DNA from: Fistulifera solaris
Taxonomy: Eukaryota
Reading direction: 5' to 3'
Assembly (NCBI GenBank): GCA_030295235.1
Contig: AP026129.1
Coordinates: 1,116,001 to 1,180,000, forward strand
Length of the DNA: 64,000 nt
The translations under genes were made by a program, and so were the position numbers. Shown here in pieces: positions 1-11,905 of the stretch (position 1 is the stretch's first letter; each line of letters opens with the position of its first letter). The notes under the pieces were generated by a model that saw only the letters and a list, made by a program, of their open reading frames with translations, was not told the origin of the DNA and searched no databases.

Positions 1-541
1 GGTTAAAGCCATGGTCCGGCCGATGATCCGCCAGAACAAGGGCATGTGACGGAGATTTAAGAATGTCATTTATTGGAGCAAGGAACAGCGATGTGAGAAA
101 AATAAGGAAGAAAAAAAAATACTACTGATATTGGTGTTGCGACGAAAGTTCCAAAAGTGCGCGCTGAGTACGTTTCGCTGAATAACATCGCACCGGTTCA
201 AGTTTATAGGCTCGCTTCTACTTTTTATTCGACAAAACAAGGATGTCGACGTCACTAACAACAGGAACTCAACAAGATGATGACGTAGCAGACGTACGCT
301 CAAAAGAAAATGTCAGAACGGATCGTTTTCGCAAAAGAAGAAAAGATTTTGCATGCCTGCATTTGAAGTCATCGTGCCTTGGTTCATCGATTCTTCAAGA
401 GGAAAGAGAAACTTTAAGCTAGTTATTCATACCTTGTTGCTGCCTTGCGTAATTGACTGGAAAGTGCCGCCGCTTGAGTTGCTTTTACCTACGCAGTGCT
501 TCATCTTGACGACCTGAAGAACATCGTTCGTTCAAAGCACC

Positions 542-1857
542 ATGAATCGTGTTGTTCCGTCGCTCGCCAGGACGCAGCGATCTCTGCGGTCCTTCTCATC
601 TCCTTCGTACTGTCAGAAACTCATGTATCCGGTGGTTTCGAAGGAGGATTTTGGTGCCTTTAAAGAGTATTCGGTGATTCACACGGATCGTTCTTTGAAT
701 CTAATGAGTGACCCCTTTCAGCGAGTGATGCGCGATCTCAACCAGCTTTTGAAGGTTACCTACAATGCCGATAAGGTCGTAATTATTCCAGGGTAAGTTG
801 AGACGATGAGAGGTAGCGCGGCTGCTTACCGTTCTCACGGTCTCATTCTTATTTGTTCTGCAGTTCGGGTACATTTGGCATGGAATCGGTCGCTCGTCAA
901 TACGCCACAAACGAACACGTCATGGTGATCCGCAATGGCTGGTTTTCTTATCGCTGGACCGAAATTTTCGATATGGGTCACATTTGCCACAGTCACACGG
1001 TTTTGAAAGCGGAACCGACCGGCACCGTCAACGGACACACACAGTTCGCTCCGCACGATATTGATAAGGTCGTGACGGCCATTTACAACGAACGACCAGC
1101 GGTGGTCTTTGCCCCGCATGTAGAAACTTCGACGGGCATGATGCTGTCGGATGATTACATTGCACGAGTGACGGAAGCCGTTCACAATGTTGGTGGTCTT
1201 TTTGTTCTTGATTGCATTGCCTCCGGAACCGTTTGGGTTGACATGAAGGCATTGGGTGTCGATGTTTTAATCACAGCTCCACAGAAAGGGTGGACGGGAC
1301 CACCATGTGCTGCCTTGGTTCAGCTCTCGCAAAAGGCTGTCGAAAAACTGCAAACGACCACGGAGACTTCGTTCAGTCTGAGTTTGAAGCGTTGGAGTGC
1401 CATCATGGATACCTATGAGAAAGGTGGATTTGGTTATCATACCACCATGCCGACAGATGCACTCCGTGATTTTCATGAGATTAGTGTAGAAACGCTGACA
1501 TTCGGCTTGCCCAATCTCCGAGAAGCGCAGTTGTCTTTAGGCAAACAAGCACGTGATATGTTGGATAGTAAAGGACTGGTTTCAGTGGCAGCCCCAGGTG
1601 CTCAAGCCCCCGGCGTCTGTGTCTACTACTCGCCTGCTAATACTGACAATCCCGTCATGATGCAGCAATTCAAGCAGCAAGGATTGCAAATCGCCATGGG
1701 TGTACCGTGGAAGATTGACGAACCGGAGGGCTTGAAGACATTCCGTATTGGTTTGTTTGGTCTGGACAAACTTGGAAATATTCCGCATACCATGTCTCTT
1801 TTGGAGAGTTCCTTGGATGTCGTCATGTCCGATCTGGCGGTTTCGAAAGCGGCATAA
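542..1857 (+). CDS. Class-V PLP aminotransferase (alanine/serine-glyoxylate aminotransferase-like), probably mitochondrial; 2 exons (542-792, 864-1857)
   Basis: The GT-AG intron at 793-863 joins IIPG to SGTFGMESVARQY in frame. Class-V motifs present: PHVETSTG, LDCIASG, TAPQKGW (PLP lysine), FRIGLFG. The N-terminus is Arg/Ser-rich and lacks acidic residues, like a mitochondrial presequence. Confidence 0.9.
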
Positions 1858-1946
1858 AAAATTCAATGAAATAGATAGTTTTGGAAAAGATAATACTCCT
1901 GGGATTTAACTAAATGCACCACTGGACCTTTTGTTTATCGATAAAC

Positions 1947-3297
1947 CTACAAATCACCAGAAAAGAAAGCTTCCGCATCACAGAGAAGAAATTCTTGTTC
2001 CGACACAGGCTGTAATCCTTTCACTTTCAGCTTCTGATTGAAACGATGCCAATCGCTTCGGAAATGGGCACGATAGCTGGCATTGTTGGGAAATACACCG
2101 CCGCACGTATTGCAACTCTTTCCGGCCTCTTCCTGACTGTTCTGGCTCGGAACTTCCGTCGACGCAAGGATAGACGTTTCATTCACAAAACTCGTTTGAT
2201 CGCTAGTGTCTTTTAGTTGTTCTGCCGGACTATCTTCTTCCTGTTGTCTCTTGTTCTTCTTTTTTCTCCTTCTTTTGAGCTTTGCGTTGATTCTTTCTAC
2301 GGTTGCCACCAGAAGCACGAAATGCCTCATCGGAACTGCTGTTGGCGTCTTCTTGCTGACTATCAGAGTTGTGGTAGGAATCCTGATGTTCTGACAAATG
2401 AGGCTGCTTCATCCCAACCTCTTCTTTCGATGGTACACTTTCTGACCGAATGCCCAGCTCTTCCAATTTCCCTCTTAATTTCATAGCTTCCTCGTCGTAG
2501 GAGTAGTCGTTGTCAATGGCTTTGCTTACTGTCTCTGTTGCTTGTTGACCATCAAATGTTTCATCCGTGTTGACAACTTTATGTTGTATTATTTCCAAAC
2601 GAGCATCTCTCAGTGTTTCACAGATCTCATTAAGTCGCCGGTAGTGAGATGGGTCAACTTGAAAAACAACAACCGCTTGCTGGCCTCCTTCGTCGCTTTT
2701 GCGATAGGAATCTACCTCTATTGCTGAAAGCGTCTCCTTTATTAATTCCTCATCGCTTGGATTGTATTCGAACGACAACTCCATTTTCGCTCGCTCAATG
2801 GGAAGAACATCTTTCAAAAATTTGACAGCATCCAAGTATTGCCGTTTGAGCGCTTTGTGAGGCTGTACGGGAAAATTACTTAGCGCCGATTGTATGTGCG
2901 ACATGGTAAAAGGTCGTTTCGATACAGAATGAACGCAATTATCGCTGACCCAAGTCGCTATTTGCGTCAGCGTGTTTTCCAACAAATGCTGCCGCTCTAA
3001 ATCAGACACTTGTATCTTCCCTTGATCTAGAATCAGCTTGGCGATTTTTTCTTGATCTGTGTTACCAAACGCTTTCTTGAGATCAGCTGCTGCCGCGAAT
3101 TTCCCCTTACTGACATTGGTGAAGACTCGCTCTGTCTGAAGTACTTCGGATAAATCCGTCTCCAGACCTGCACGATAATCGAGCACTTTGTTGCGATAGC
3201 ACGCAATTTCAAAACGCATCCCTTTGACTGTATGACGGACGACAGCGACGTTCGTTAATCGAACTTGATTGATAGGTTGATTGATTTGACGTGACAT
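1947..3297 (-). CDS. SBDS: Ribosome maturation protein SBDS/SDO1 with C-terminal C2H2 zinc finger (frameshift at the homopolymer 2260-2265)
   Basis: The N-terminus QINQPINQVRLTNVAVVR...RFEIACYRNKV...VFTNVSKG is the SBDS signature. The adjacent frame holds CNTC...HFRSDWHRFNQK, the zinc-finger extension seen in plant and protist SBDS. Confidence 0.93.
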
Positions 3298-3765
3298 TTG
3301 TTGTGAATATTATCTAAGCAATAGCTTGCTTTTAGATCCCATCGTTATGTTCTGATGTTTTTCCTCGTTTGTGTCGTGAAACGAAAACCTTTTCGTGGTG
3401 CAATAACATCACCAGACTGGCTTCCGTGCGTAGGACAGACACTTTTCGGGACTCTTTTCGTTCATTCCCGTAACTAGCCCAGCTTAATTATTCTCGGTAA
3501 GGTTTACGGATAAGCAATCCAATGGCACAATGACTGTGAAAGTCACTCAATGACTACAAATAGAGTGGACTATCTTCTTCAAAGTACCATCAATAACCTT
3601 TTTTTCCCTGCTAATTCATGACCGATGCAACAAGGCGAATGCCCCCTTGCAATTCCCTCCACTGACAGTTTGGGGATTGATTACAACAATTGGAGGAAAT
3701 ACTAAAGACCTTACCCCCGTTGACGAACCAGCCTAATCCATCTTGTCGCTTCTTTACTTACAGTC

Positions 3766-4713
3766 ATGATCGGCAATGAAGACGAGAGAAAGACACGTCG
3801 CCTGAAGCCCCCTCGTCGTTCCGAATCCTCCGAGAGGTACGATGAAGGCAGTCACAGTGGTGACGAGGCTCGAGTCGATCCTCGTAAGCAGCGCACACGT
3901 AGAAGAGCTTCGATAGGAGCTCCTACCATTCCCCCAGCCAGAGCCTGTGGAAGATCCCGAGCGTCCCTTGCGAGGTCATATTGATCGAGCCAAATCAGCC
4001 GACACCGACAACGGGCGTCGAGCAAGACGAGACGCCGTGCCAGTATGGTGAGTTCCACTTCTTCCATCTCGGATATGTCTGTAGGCTCGTCGGGATCTTA
4101 TGGTTACGAAGATTACACTCAATCCGACTATGGCTACGGCGATCATACTGCACCAGTAGCTGCCGCTCCGGGACGTCGCCGAGGACGCCGTGCTAGTATC
4201 AGTGGCCCAGGCGCGTTCCCGGTCGCTACACCGCCTCCCGAAGAAGCGGTAGCCCCATCGTACGATGACAAGTTTGGAAGAACTAAGGAGAAAGGAGAAG
4301 AGGATCCCAAGAGCAATCGCAGTCGAGAGCGTCGGCGCCCTACTGCAGAACGCAACCGCGGGGGCCAAATTGATCTCAATGGCATTAAAAGTGGCAACGT
4401 ATTGCGTGAATCAGCTCGCGCGGAGCCTGTTGCCAAGCCGGATTCTCTGATTATGCCCATAACCATTCCTGATGCGGAAAAACGACCACGACGTCGAGCC
4501 AGTATGTTGGGCGCAGTTGGTGGTGCAGTCGGTGCCGTGGGTGGTGCGGTTGGTGGTGTTGTGGGCTCTGCAGCACAAAAAGTGGGTGGTGCTGTTATTC
4601 GGGGTGAGAAAGAAAAACCTCGTCATCGGAAAGGTCCTGAAGTGGATGACATCCCGAAGATTGCGGGCAATGAGAGACGGGCTCGTGGCACAATGTTAGA
4701 TCGTCTCAGCTAA
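3766..4713 (+). CDS. Hypothetical disordered protein with repeated RRRAS motifs (two probable frameshifts, near 3931-3935 and 4013-4015)
   Basis: ORFs 3766-3984 and 4045-4713 share composition and RRAS motifs. An open bridging frame (QPEPVEDPERPLRGHIDRAKSADTDNG) lies between them. Confidence 0.6.
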
Positions 4714-5678
4714 AGTGGGCGATTGTGCTGGTTAATCAAAATTGAAACTGCTTAACAAAGTATAAAGACTAGGATAAGAGCTAGTACATTACTTTGTCTG
4801 AAGCTAGCTCTAATCACTAATTATGCTCTGCGCGGGGCCAAAAGCATTTAATGATGGAAGTTCGCCTTGTTTTGTTCGATAAGTTTTAATATATTCAACC
4901 GATTCTCGACAAGTAGCTTGATGTTTGATTCGCTGCAAGAACAGTGGTTGCTGAACCATGTGATTTTAAGAAATAGTCTAGAAAACAGTCAATTATTTGC
5001 GTTATGCACCTCATTAGCTCGTGCCACTTTGTCCTGTTTGGCTGTACGTCCATTAAAGAGACCGTTACAGAGACTCAAAACCAGGTACCGGTACGGTACC
5101 GATGTTTCTTGTGTCAATCCGTCAAACCACAGTTTTTACTCTGGGTATGTTTTATAATTTTGTTTTTTTGTTCGCTAACGAAATTAGGGGTTCTTACATT
5201 TTGTCTTAGAATGCATTGTTCTTTGGTCCTGATGTTCGGTAAATGCAGTACTATCTACTTATTACGACCTCCAAGGTCTTCTGAATTGTGCACAGTCGAC
5301 AGTTCAGACTCCAAACCCCAGACATTCGAGTCTGGCATTTTGCAGCGCCGCCCCCTTCACTCTATACAGGATATTGTACAGTAAGGAAAATTGAGCGGTA
5401 ATTGGGCCTTTTGAGTTGCGGTTTCATGACCAAGAAAATCGTTGTTCTTCCTCATGTCGTCGTCCTCCTTACAATGAAGACAAGAGATTCTGCCTTTAAT
5501 AATACCCACATCTTCTATCATAGAGCTTAGCGCGTGGCCCCATTGTCTCTCCCTTGTTGCTCTGTTGATCTTAATCTTCAGAAAGACGCTCGGAAGAATC
5601 AGCAATAAAGGTGATTCTCAGCTGTCGCTGGTAGCCATTTGTGAGCTCGAAAAACGGCACACAAGACATCAACCAAAC

Positions 5679-7259
5679 ATGGCCACGACGGTAAGTCGAC
5701 TCGGAAGAGCAGCTGCTGTTGCTGGCGAAGAAGAAAAGCGCTCTCGATGTCCGAGCAAACGCAGAGGACGTCGTCCGTCGTTACGATCTTCTGTGGGCCC
5801 CGAGACAGAAGCAATTCCCAAAAATCTCATGTCTTCTGTCGATGATGAAGGCAGCGACGACGACGAAGCTCTCCTTTTCAATAACAATGGAAGTTCAAAC
5901 AGTAGAACATCCAATGGTGTTCATCGTCGGAGTTTTAAACACATGAATTCACCGGATGGTCGTCAGGGAATGAAGAACGCTCAAAGTGCCGAAGCTGTTT
6001 TGAAATCGCCAGAAGCAGGTCGGTCTTCCAGATTAAAAGGAAGTGGCAATAGGCGCGCGCTGAACACAGACGAACTACGGTCTCCGAAATCCCGAGCTCT
6101 TAACTCTCCCATCGCCGAGGGGACTCGCTCTTCTAAACCACGGACAACTCGGTCTAGTTCACCATTGAGAAATACGTCCCGTCGAGGGACGAGAACCAGC
6201 TCATAGCGGAAGCGCTGAAACAAAAGATCGTTCACCGAGTCGCTGTGAAGGTAGACGCAGTCGCGGTGGACATGATACTTCTTCTCCTCAAAAGAAAAAA
6301 CCCGTAACAAAGATTGATGATTCGGATAGTGAAAACGACGGACGCCCGCTTTCTTACATGGGTGGAGTTCACTCACGGCAATCGAATAAAAATTCAGGTC
6401 TCGACGATGACGTAGACTTTCTTTCTGACTATTCATCTGCCACAGAAGATGAGTCTGCTCGCGGCAGTGAGGGCAATTCTCGTCGTGAACGCCGAAAGCG
6501 CGAAGGTAGTCGTAGACAGCAACGTTCTTCCATATCCGGCAACTCGAGAAGGGCATCTAGACGAAGTATACTTCCTGCTGATGACAGTGAGTTTGGTACC
6601 GAATATGCCGATGAAGACGAAGCGAAACATGGACGGCGCGAAAAAAGAAACAAACCACCTTCTCCCTCAAAACATTCTAGCAATCAGCGTGGAGGACGCA
6701 GTAAGGGCGGTCGACCAGATGCCCTGCAGTTTTCCCCTTCCAATCAACGCGCTTCACATGGCGATCGTCTGTCAGAGCAAAGAAGTCTTTATCGTACTCC
6801 TCCGAGTGAAGACGATACCGAAACGGACGTAGACGATACAGAAAACGCCGCGGATGATGAACCCATTCTTGCAGGAGCAAGCGGTCGCAGACGCACACGT
6901 TTGAGCATGGACGTATTGCGAGCCGATATTCAAGCATCGGAATCGGAAGGGAGAAAACCGATAGTAGATGGCAAACGTATCGAAGCAGATATGGCCGACG
7001 CCATGCAGCGTCTCGAAGCTCATGACGCTGAGGCCTCAAAGAAGAAAAAAGAAAAGGTCTGGGAAAGTTATTGAGCATGTTCAAGAGGGGCGACAACAGC
7101 GAGTCTGGATATGAGTCGAGTGCAAGCACGAGCAGCGCTCGGGATCCGAATAGAGGCCTTGCTCGTCATCGAAGTCGACTAGTGAAGAATGTTCTTCCCC
7201 ACACATTGCTAGACGATAGTGAAAGCGAGCTTCAGGATGTTGACTTGTTCTTGAAATAA
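5679..7259 (+). CDS. Hypothetical low-complexity Arg/Ser/Asp-rich protein (frameshifts near 6170 and 7050)
   Basis: ORFs 5565-6206, 6358-7074 and 7071-7259 become one reading frame with short indels. For example, adding one A gives KKEKGLGKLLSMFKRG. Confidence 0.6.
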
Positions 7260-7464
7260 TAGAAGTTGTTAGGAATCTAAATTTAATTTTCCGCGGTCTT
7301 GATAATAAGATGAAGATAATCGAACAACAAATAGAAAAAAGACTATATGCTGGATACTCATGACTTGACGACTCATCGTGACTAATGACTCGTGCCTCTG
7401 TATTCCGACTTATTTGCTGCCATGTTGACGATGGCATACATTCAGAAGAAGATGAATCATCATC

Positions 7465-8766
7465 ATGAGAAGACAAACAATACAAAGCAAACAGTATGCT
7501 ATACCAAGAAGGAAGTTTGCGAGGCAACTCTGTATCTTAGTGGTTCTGTTTTGTTTCATCACGCTTTGGCTTGTAGCGTCTTTCCGAAAAATTGGTTGCG
7601 TCAATTGCAACCTCCCCCAGAATCATCCAATTAAAACAGTTCAACAAGATCTCGCATCATTTAAAGACAGTACGAATGAAGCTAAACAATCAACAACGGC
7701 TCAGTGGAAGCCCACGCTTTTAGAGACTACGTCGTCTGAGTTTATTGCACAGCAACTGTGGTCACAGTCATTGTCGACCGACGCAGTCGTCTTGGGCCCA
7801 CAAATCCGCTCAAACCACACTTTGGTAACAGCCTACTTTCGAGCTAAATCGAAGTATCCGAGTTCAAAATACGATGAATGGATGCAAAATATGATGAGTT
7901 TGAGGGACCCGCTAATCATATTCACGGAACCCGATCTTGTAGAGATGATGTCGACGTTAAGAGTTGATCCGAGTCTTTCGACAATCATAATCCCCTGCAC
8001 ACTTGAAGATCTGCCAATCTCCAGGATAAAATCGAATCTTGAGTTCGATTATATGGGAAAAACACTTTCTTTTTGGGAGCATCAGCTCGAAATTGATCCC
8101 GAGAAGAATCGACACTCGTCCTACTATGTGTTCTGGATCTGGCTCTCCAAATCATGGCTAGTCGAACAAGCTATTCAACGTAACTACTTTCAATCCGAGT
8201 TGTTCGTGTACACAGATATCGGTAAGCAAGAATGAACGACACGAATTATTAGCAAGGAATAGTCAAACTGACGCTTTGATTTCGTGCAAGGGTGTTTTCG
8301 AGGCAAAAAGTACAATCATAAGATGTTGGTATCGCCCGACTTTTGGTCGAGTTCCATTCGACCTGATCGCCACACGCTCCTCTGGATGGCACATCATCCA
8401 CCCAATCCGCCTCCATCCTATATCTGGACGAATAAACTGAAACAAAAGCAGTTCTTTTATCAGTCGGGATCGCAAGCAGCGGGATTTCGAGAGGCTTGGA
8501 TCGACTTCAATAGGGAATTTTCAAAGACGCTCGATGACTACGTAGCGGCTGGTGTCTTTGTGGGTGAAGATCAATGTATTTTGCAAGCCACGTGCTTGCG
8601 AAAGCCTGAATTGTGTCAATACATCCCATTCTCGCAAGTAGCCGACAATCATTATTTTGGTTTAAGATACGCGCTGCATTTTCCGAAGCTCAATAAGATG
8701 CAAGAACCATACCAGCCATGGCGACCACCCCAGCCCTCTGCGGATTTTCTAGTCTCATCGCAATAA
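7465..8766 (+). CDS. Type-II membrane HtrL/YibB (WlaTC)-family putative glycosyltransferase; intron 8222-8290
   Basis: N-terminal TM segment LCILVVLFCFITLWLVA. Motifs TLVTAYF, IW.SK..LV..AI..N.F and YTDIG|CFR (across the intron), then FVGEDQ. Family recognised from motif memory. Confidence 0.72.
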
Positions 8767-9192
8767 CTTGGAGGGTCAGAAGGTCTCTTACATTGGTACC
8801 TCGATAATTATACTCCTACTGCTTGTAGACTTTCATGACACCAGTTTTGCCATATCCAGACTTCATATTAAAGTTGGTTGGACGTCTTCAACATGAGATC
8901 AGGTAGCGCAACTTTTGTGGCGAAGAGACCTAGTTTTTACGGCGTGATTTGTTTTGTGTGTTCGTATGTCGGTTCTCAGTTGTCAAATGCGTTATGAGTA
9001 TGTTGAAACCAGTACGACAATTCTCTGTCATGAAACACGTGACACGCGGTTTTTCTTGTTGATTATTCAGCTCGCACGTTTAACCGCATTGCAAAAACAG
9101 CCCGCCGCTCACATCTACGACAACGAGCGCCTTTAAACTTTTATTGACGAATTTTGTAGAAAGAGTTCTCGACGTTGTAAGAATTCACTTCC

Positions 9193-10950
9193 ATGACCAA
9201 GCAAAAGAACCAACAAAAATCGATTGCATTCGGAAAGCCTTATTTTCACGCAACAAAGAGTGGGCCGTTTGGAAAAACAATTGAGCAAGTTGTATGCACC
9301 ACCCAGTCGACGGTCTTTTTGACGTCGGAAGGTAAAATATATCAGACAGGAACGCTACATGGACAAATATACAAAACTCCTACTCTTGTGGAAATAAGAT
9401 ATGCGTTAAAGTGCGTAGAAATAGCAGCTGGTCGGCATTTTTGTCTGGGTCGATTAGAAGGAGGGCAGGCAGTCGTAAGTTGGGGAGCAGGTAAGAGAGA
9501 ACTCGTTATCAGGACAGCATTACATTTTTTATAGCAACGACTCAGCCAGCAATTTAGGACATTTCGGTCAGCTTGGATTAGGAGGCGATAAGATGGTCAG
9601 TTTTACCTCCTCGCCGACAATAATCGAACGGTTGCTACCAAGACATACCGGGTCACCTATCAAACAAATAGCAGCTGGGTCTTGGCACGCACTGGCCCTC
9701 GCCGAATCGGGGAAGGTATGGGCCTGGGGATCGAATCGCAACTGGCAATGTGGAAGACAGCTGACGAGTAAAAGCCAAACCGACGCACCCACGTTTACTG
9801 TCCCTTTACCTGTTCCGCAGTTGGATGGAGTCGACCAAATATCCGCCGGACGGGCCCATTCAGTAGCCCTAATTGCAAAGTCTGGCGAAGTCTACTGCTG
9901 GGGAGCATCGCACTATGGGCAGTGCGCTGCGAGTGTACGGAGAGGTGTCAGTGGTGTTGCTCCGCCAAAACTAGTACAATCTTTGCAGGATGTGCTGGTC
10001 ACTAAAGTATCAGCTGGTGGTAACCACACTCTATGTTTGACCAGTGGAGGGCGAGTGTTTGCATGGGGCGCAGGAGGTGAAGGACAGCTGGGTTTGGGTG
10101 TATCAGTGCCGTATCAGACCAAGCCGAGGCTAATTGGCGATCTTGATTTTGTAGCAATAGCAGCGGGGCAAGACTGGAAACAACAGCAAAGAGGCGCATC
10201 GGCCAAGTCTCTTGCCTCTGTTCCAAAGATTAGAGATATTTTTGCTGGTCCCACATACTCGGTTGCTACTTGTACTACTGGGCATGTTTATGTGTGGGGA
10301 TCAAATGATGCAGGTCAATTGGGCATCCCTGCGCCCTCAAATTTGCCCTTTTGGACAGTTGCCAAGAAACACGTCAACAAAATGGTTCGCTACGAGATAT
10401 GCATGTTCGAACTTTTGATTCAAATCACAACCTGCTACTTCCACATCGTTTAATAGCCGCGGAACCACTAGATGTCTCCTTTGTGGCATGCGGGCCGAAC
10501 CATCTTTGGTGTGTAGGTGACGAAAGACTCGAAACGAAAGAAGCTACACCAGGACGAACATTATATGAACTTCAAGAAGAAGTACGTGAAGAGAGGCTGT
10601 TTCGTGTACGTCAATCATTAATGGCTAAAGCAGAAATTTTGGAAAGTCCTATGCGAGAGAACGCCGAAGGGGAAGATCACGCCAAGGACGATGCTGAATT
10701 GCAGGAGTCTCCTGCCACGTCGCCAGCAGCTGAATCCCTATCCGAGATTGCGGTCGAGGATTTAACCGAACTCACGTCGGATAAAAGTGCTAACGCAGAA
10801 GAAGAGGATACAATAGTTGAGACTCCCGCATCTTCAAAATGGTCGTTGTCAAACATGATGAGAAGGATGTCAGGAGGGCAATCAGTTGGGAGCAACGGTT
10901 CTCGAAAGTCGATAGGTCGAAGAAGCTTTCCACGCAAACAGTCGCTGTAA
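9193..10950 (+). CDS. RCC1/BLIP-II repeat beta-propeller protein; intron 9491-9557; frameshift at T4 10349-10352; true start may lie upstream
   Basis: Repeated RCC1 units: IAAGRHFCL, SWGAG|HFGQLG, IAAGSWHALAL..SGKVWAWG, VSAGGNHTLCLTSGGRVFAWGAGGEGQLG, VYVWGSNDAGQLG. Confidence 0.88.
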
Positions 10951-11905
10951 AATTCAATTCAAAAAGTTAAGTCAGATTGCTTGGGTTAATACCAGGTACG
11001 CAGCTTGGGTGTTGCGCTTCGACATCTATCTTTAGTATCATGGCCGGTCTAGAAACTTAAGAACCAGAACCTAACCGGCACTGCGATTTGCCGTTACTTC
11101 TCTTCCGCGAAACGGATTGGATCTCTTTGCGGATGGATAAAAAAATTTCGGCGGAGCGCCTGAAACTCCCCCTTCAGTACAAAAATCTATCACTGCTTTC
11201 ACTCTTATAAATGCGGATTCCTCGGTTTAAAAAAAATAAATCGTTAAGTAGCGCATTTGACTCATAGTACAGTGTAGTGAAATGATTTCCTAAGTGCGAC
11301 ACACTGGCCCCTAAGTAAAATGACATGCAGTGGCGGGAACTTAGCAACGAGCGCGGGCCGGATGACCGCGATTGTCGAACTGGAGCAAACAACAGCGACA
11401 GCGCCTCGAAGCGGCAATAAAACGGATCCTTTGCAGCCAGCACGCTCCATGAGCAAAAAAGAATAACATCAACAAAGACTTGGTACCACTGCGTGTACTT
11501 GGCGTAACAGGGAGCACTTTCAGACATCGCTATTCAATTAAGTCGTCGCTGATATCCTCTAGACCTAGCGAATTAGTTTATCGAAATCAGCTGCATCTCT
11601 TGACTCACATTAAAAACTTCGGCCGAGTGTCGCATCAACAAGCAATTTTCTTTTCAAGCAGCAACTCAATTGTGAGATTACCCGTAGTGATTGAGTCAAA
11701 ATGGTAAGAACTAACGGGGAGACGAACTTGTATAGCTTGAGGTGATTCGCGGCAAGGCACAAATACAACATTCTGATGTTTTGGCGGCTCATGGGTTGTT
11801 TGAGTCGTCCCTTGCCGAGTTTGAACTTTATTGCATCTGCAAGCTTTTATTTTGATTCATCTTAAGCACGAGGCTTGGTCGCTGATTATATAAGTCTTTC
11901 TGACA

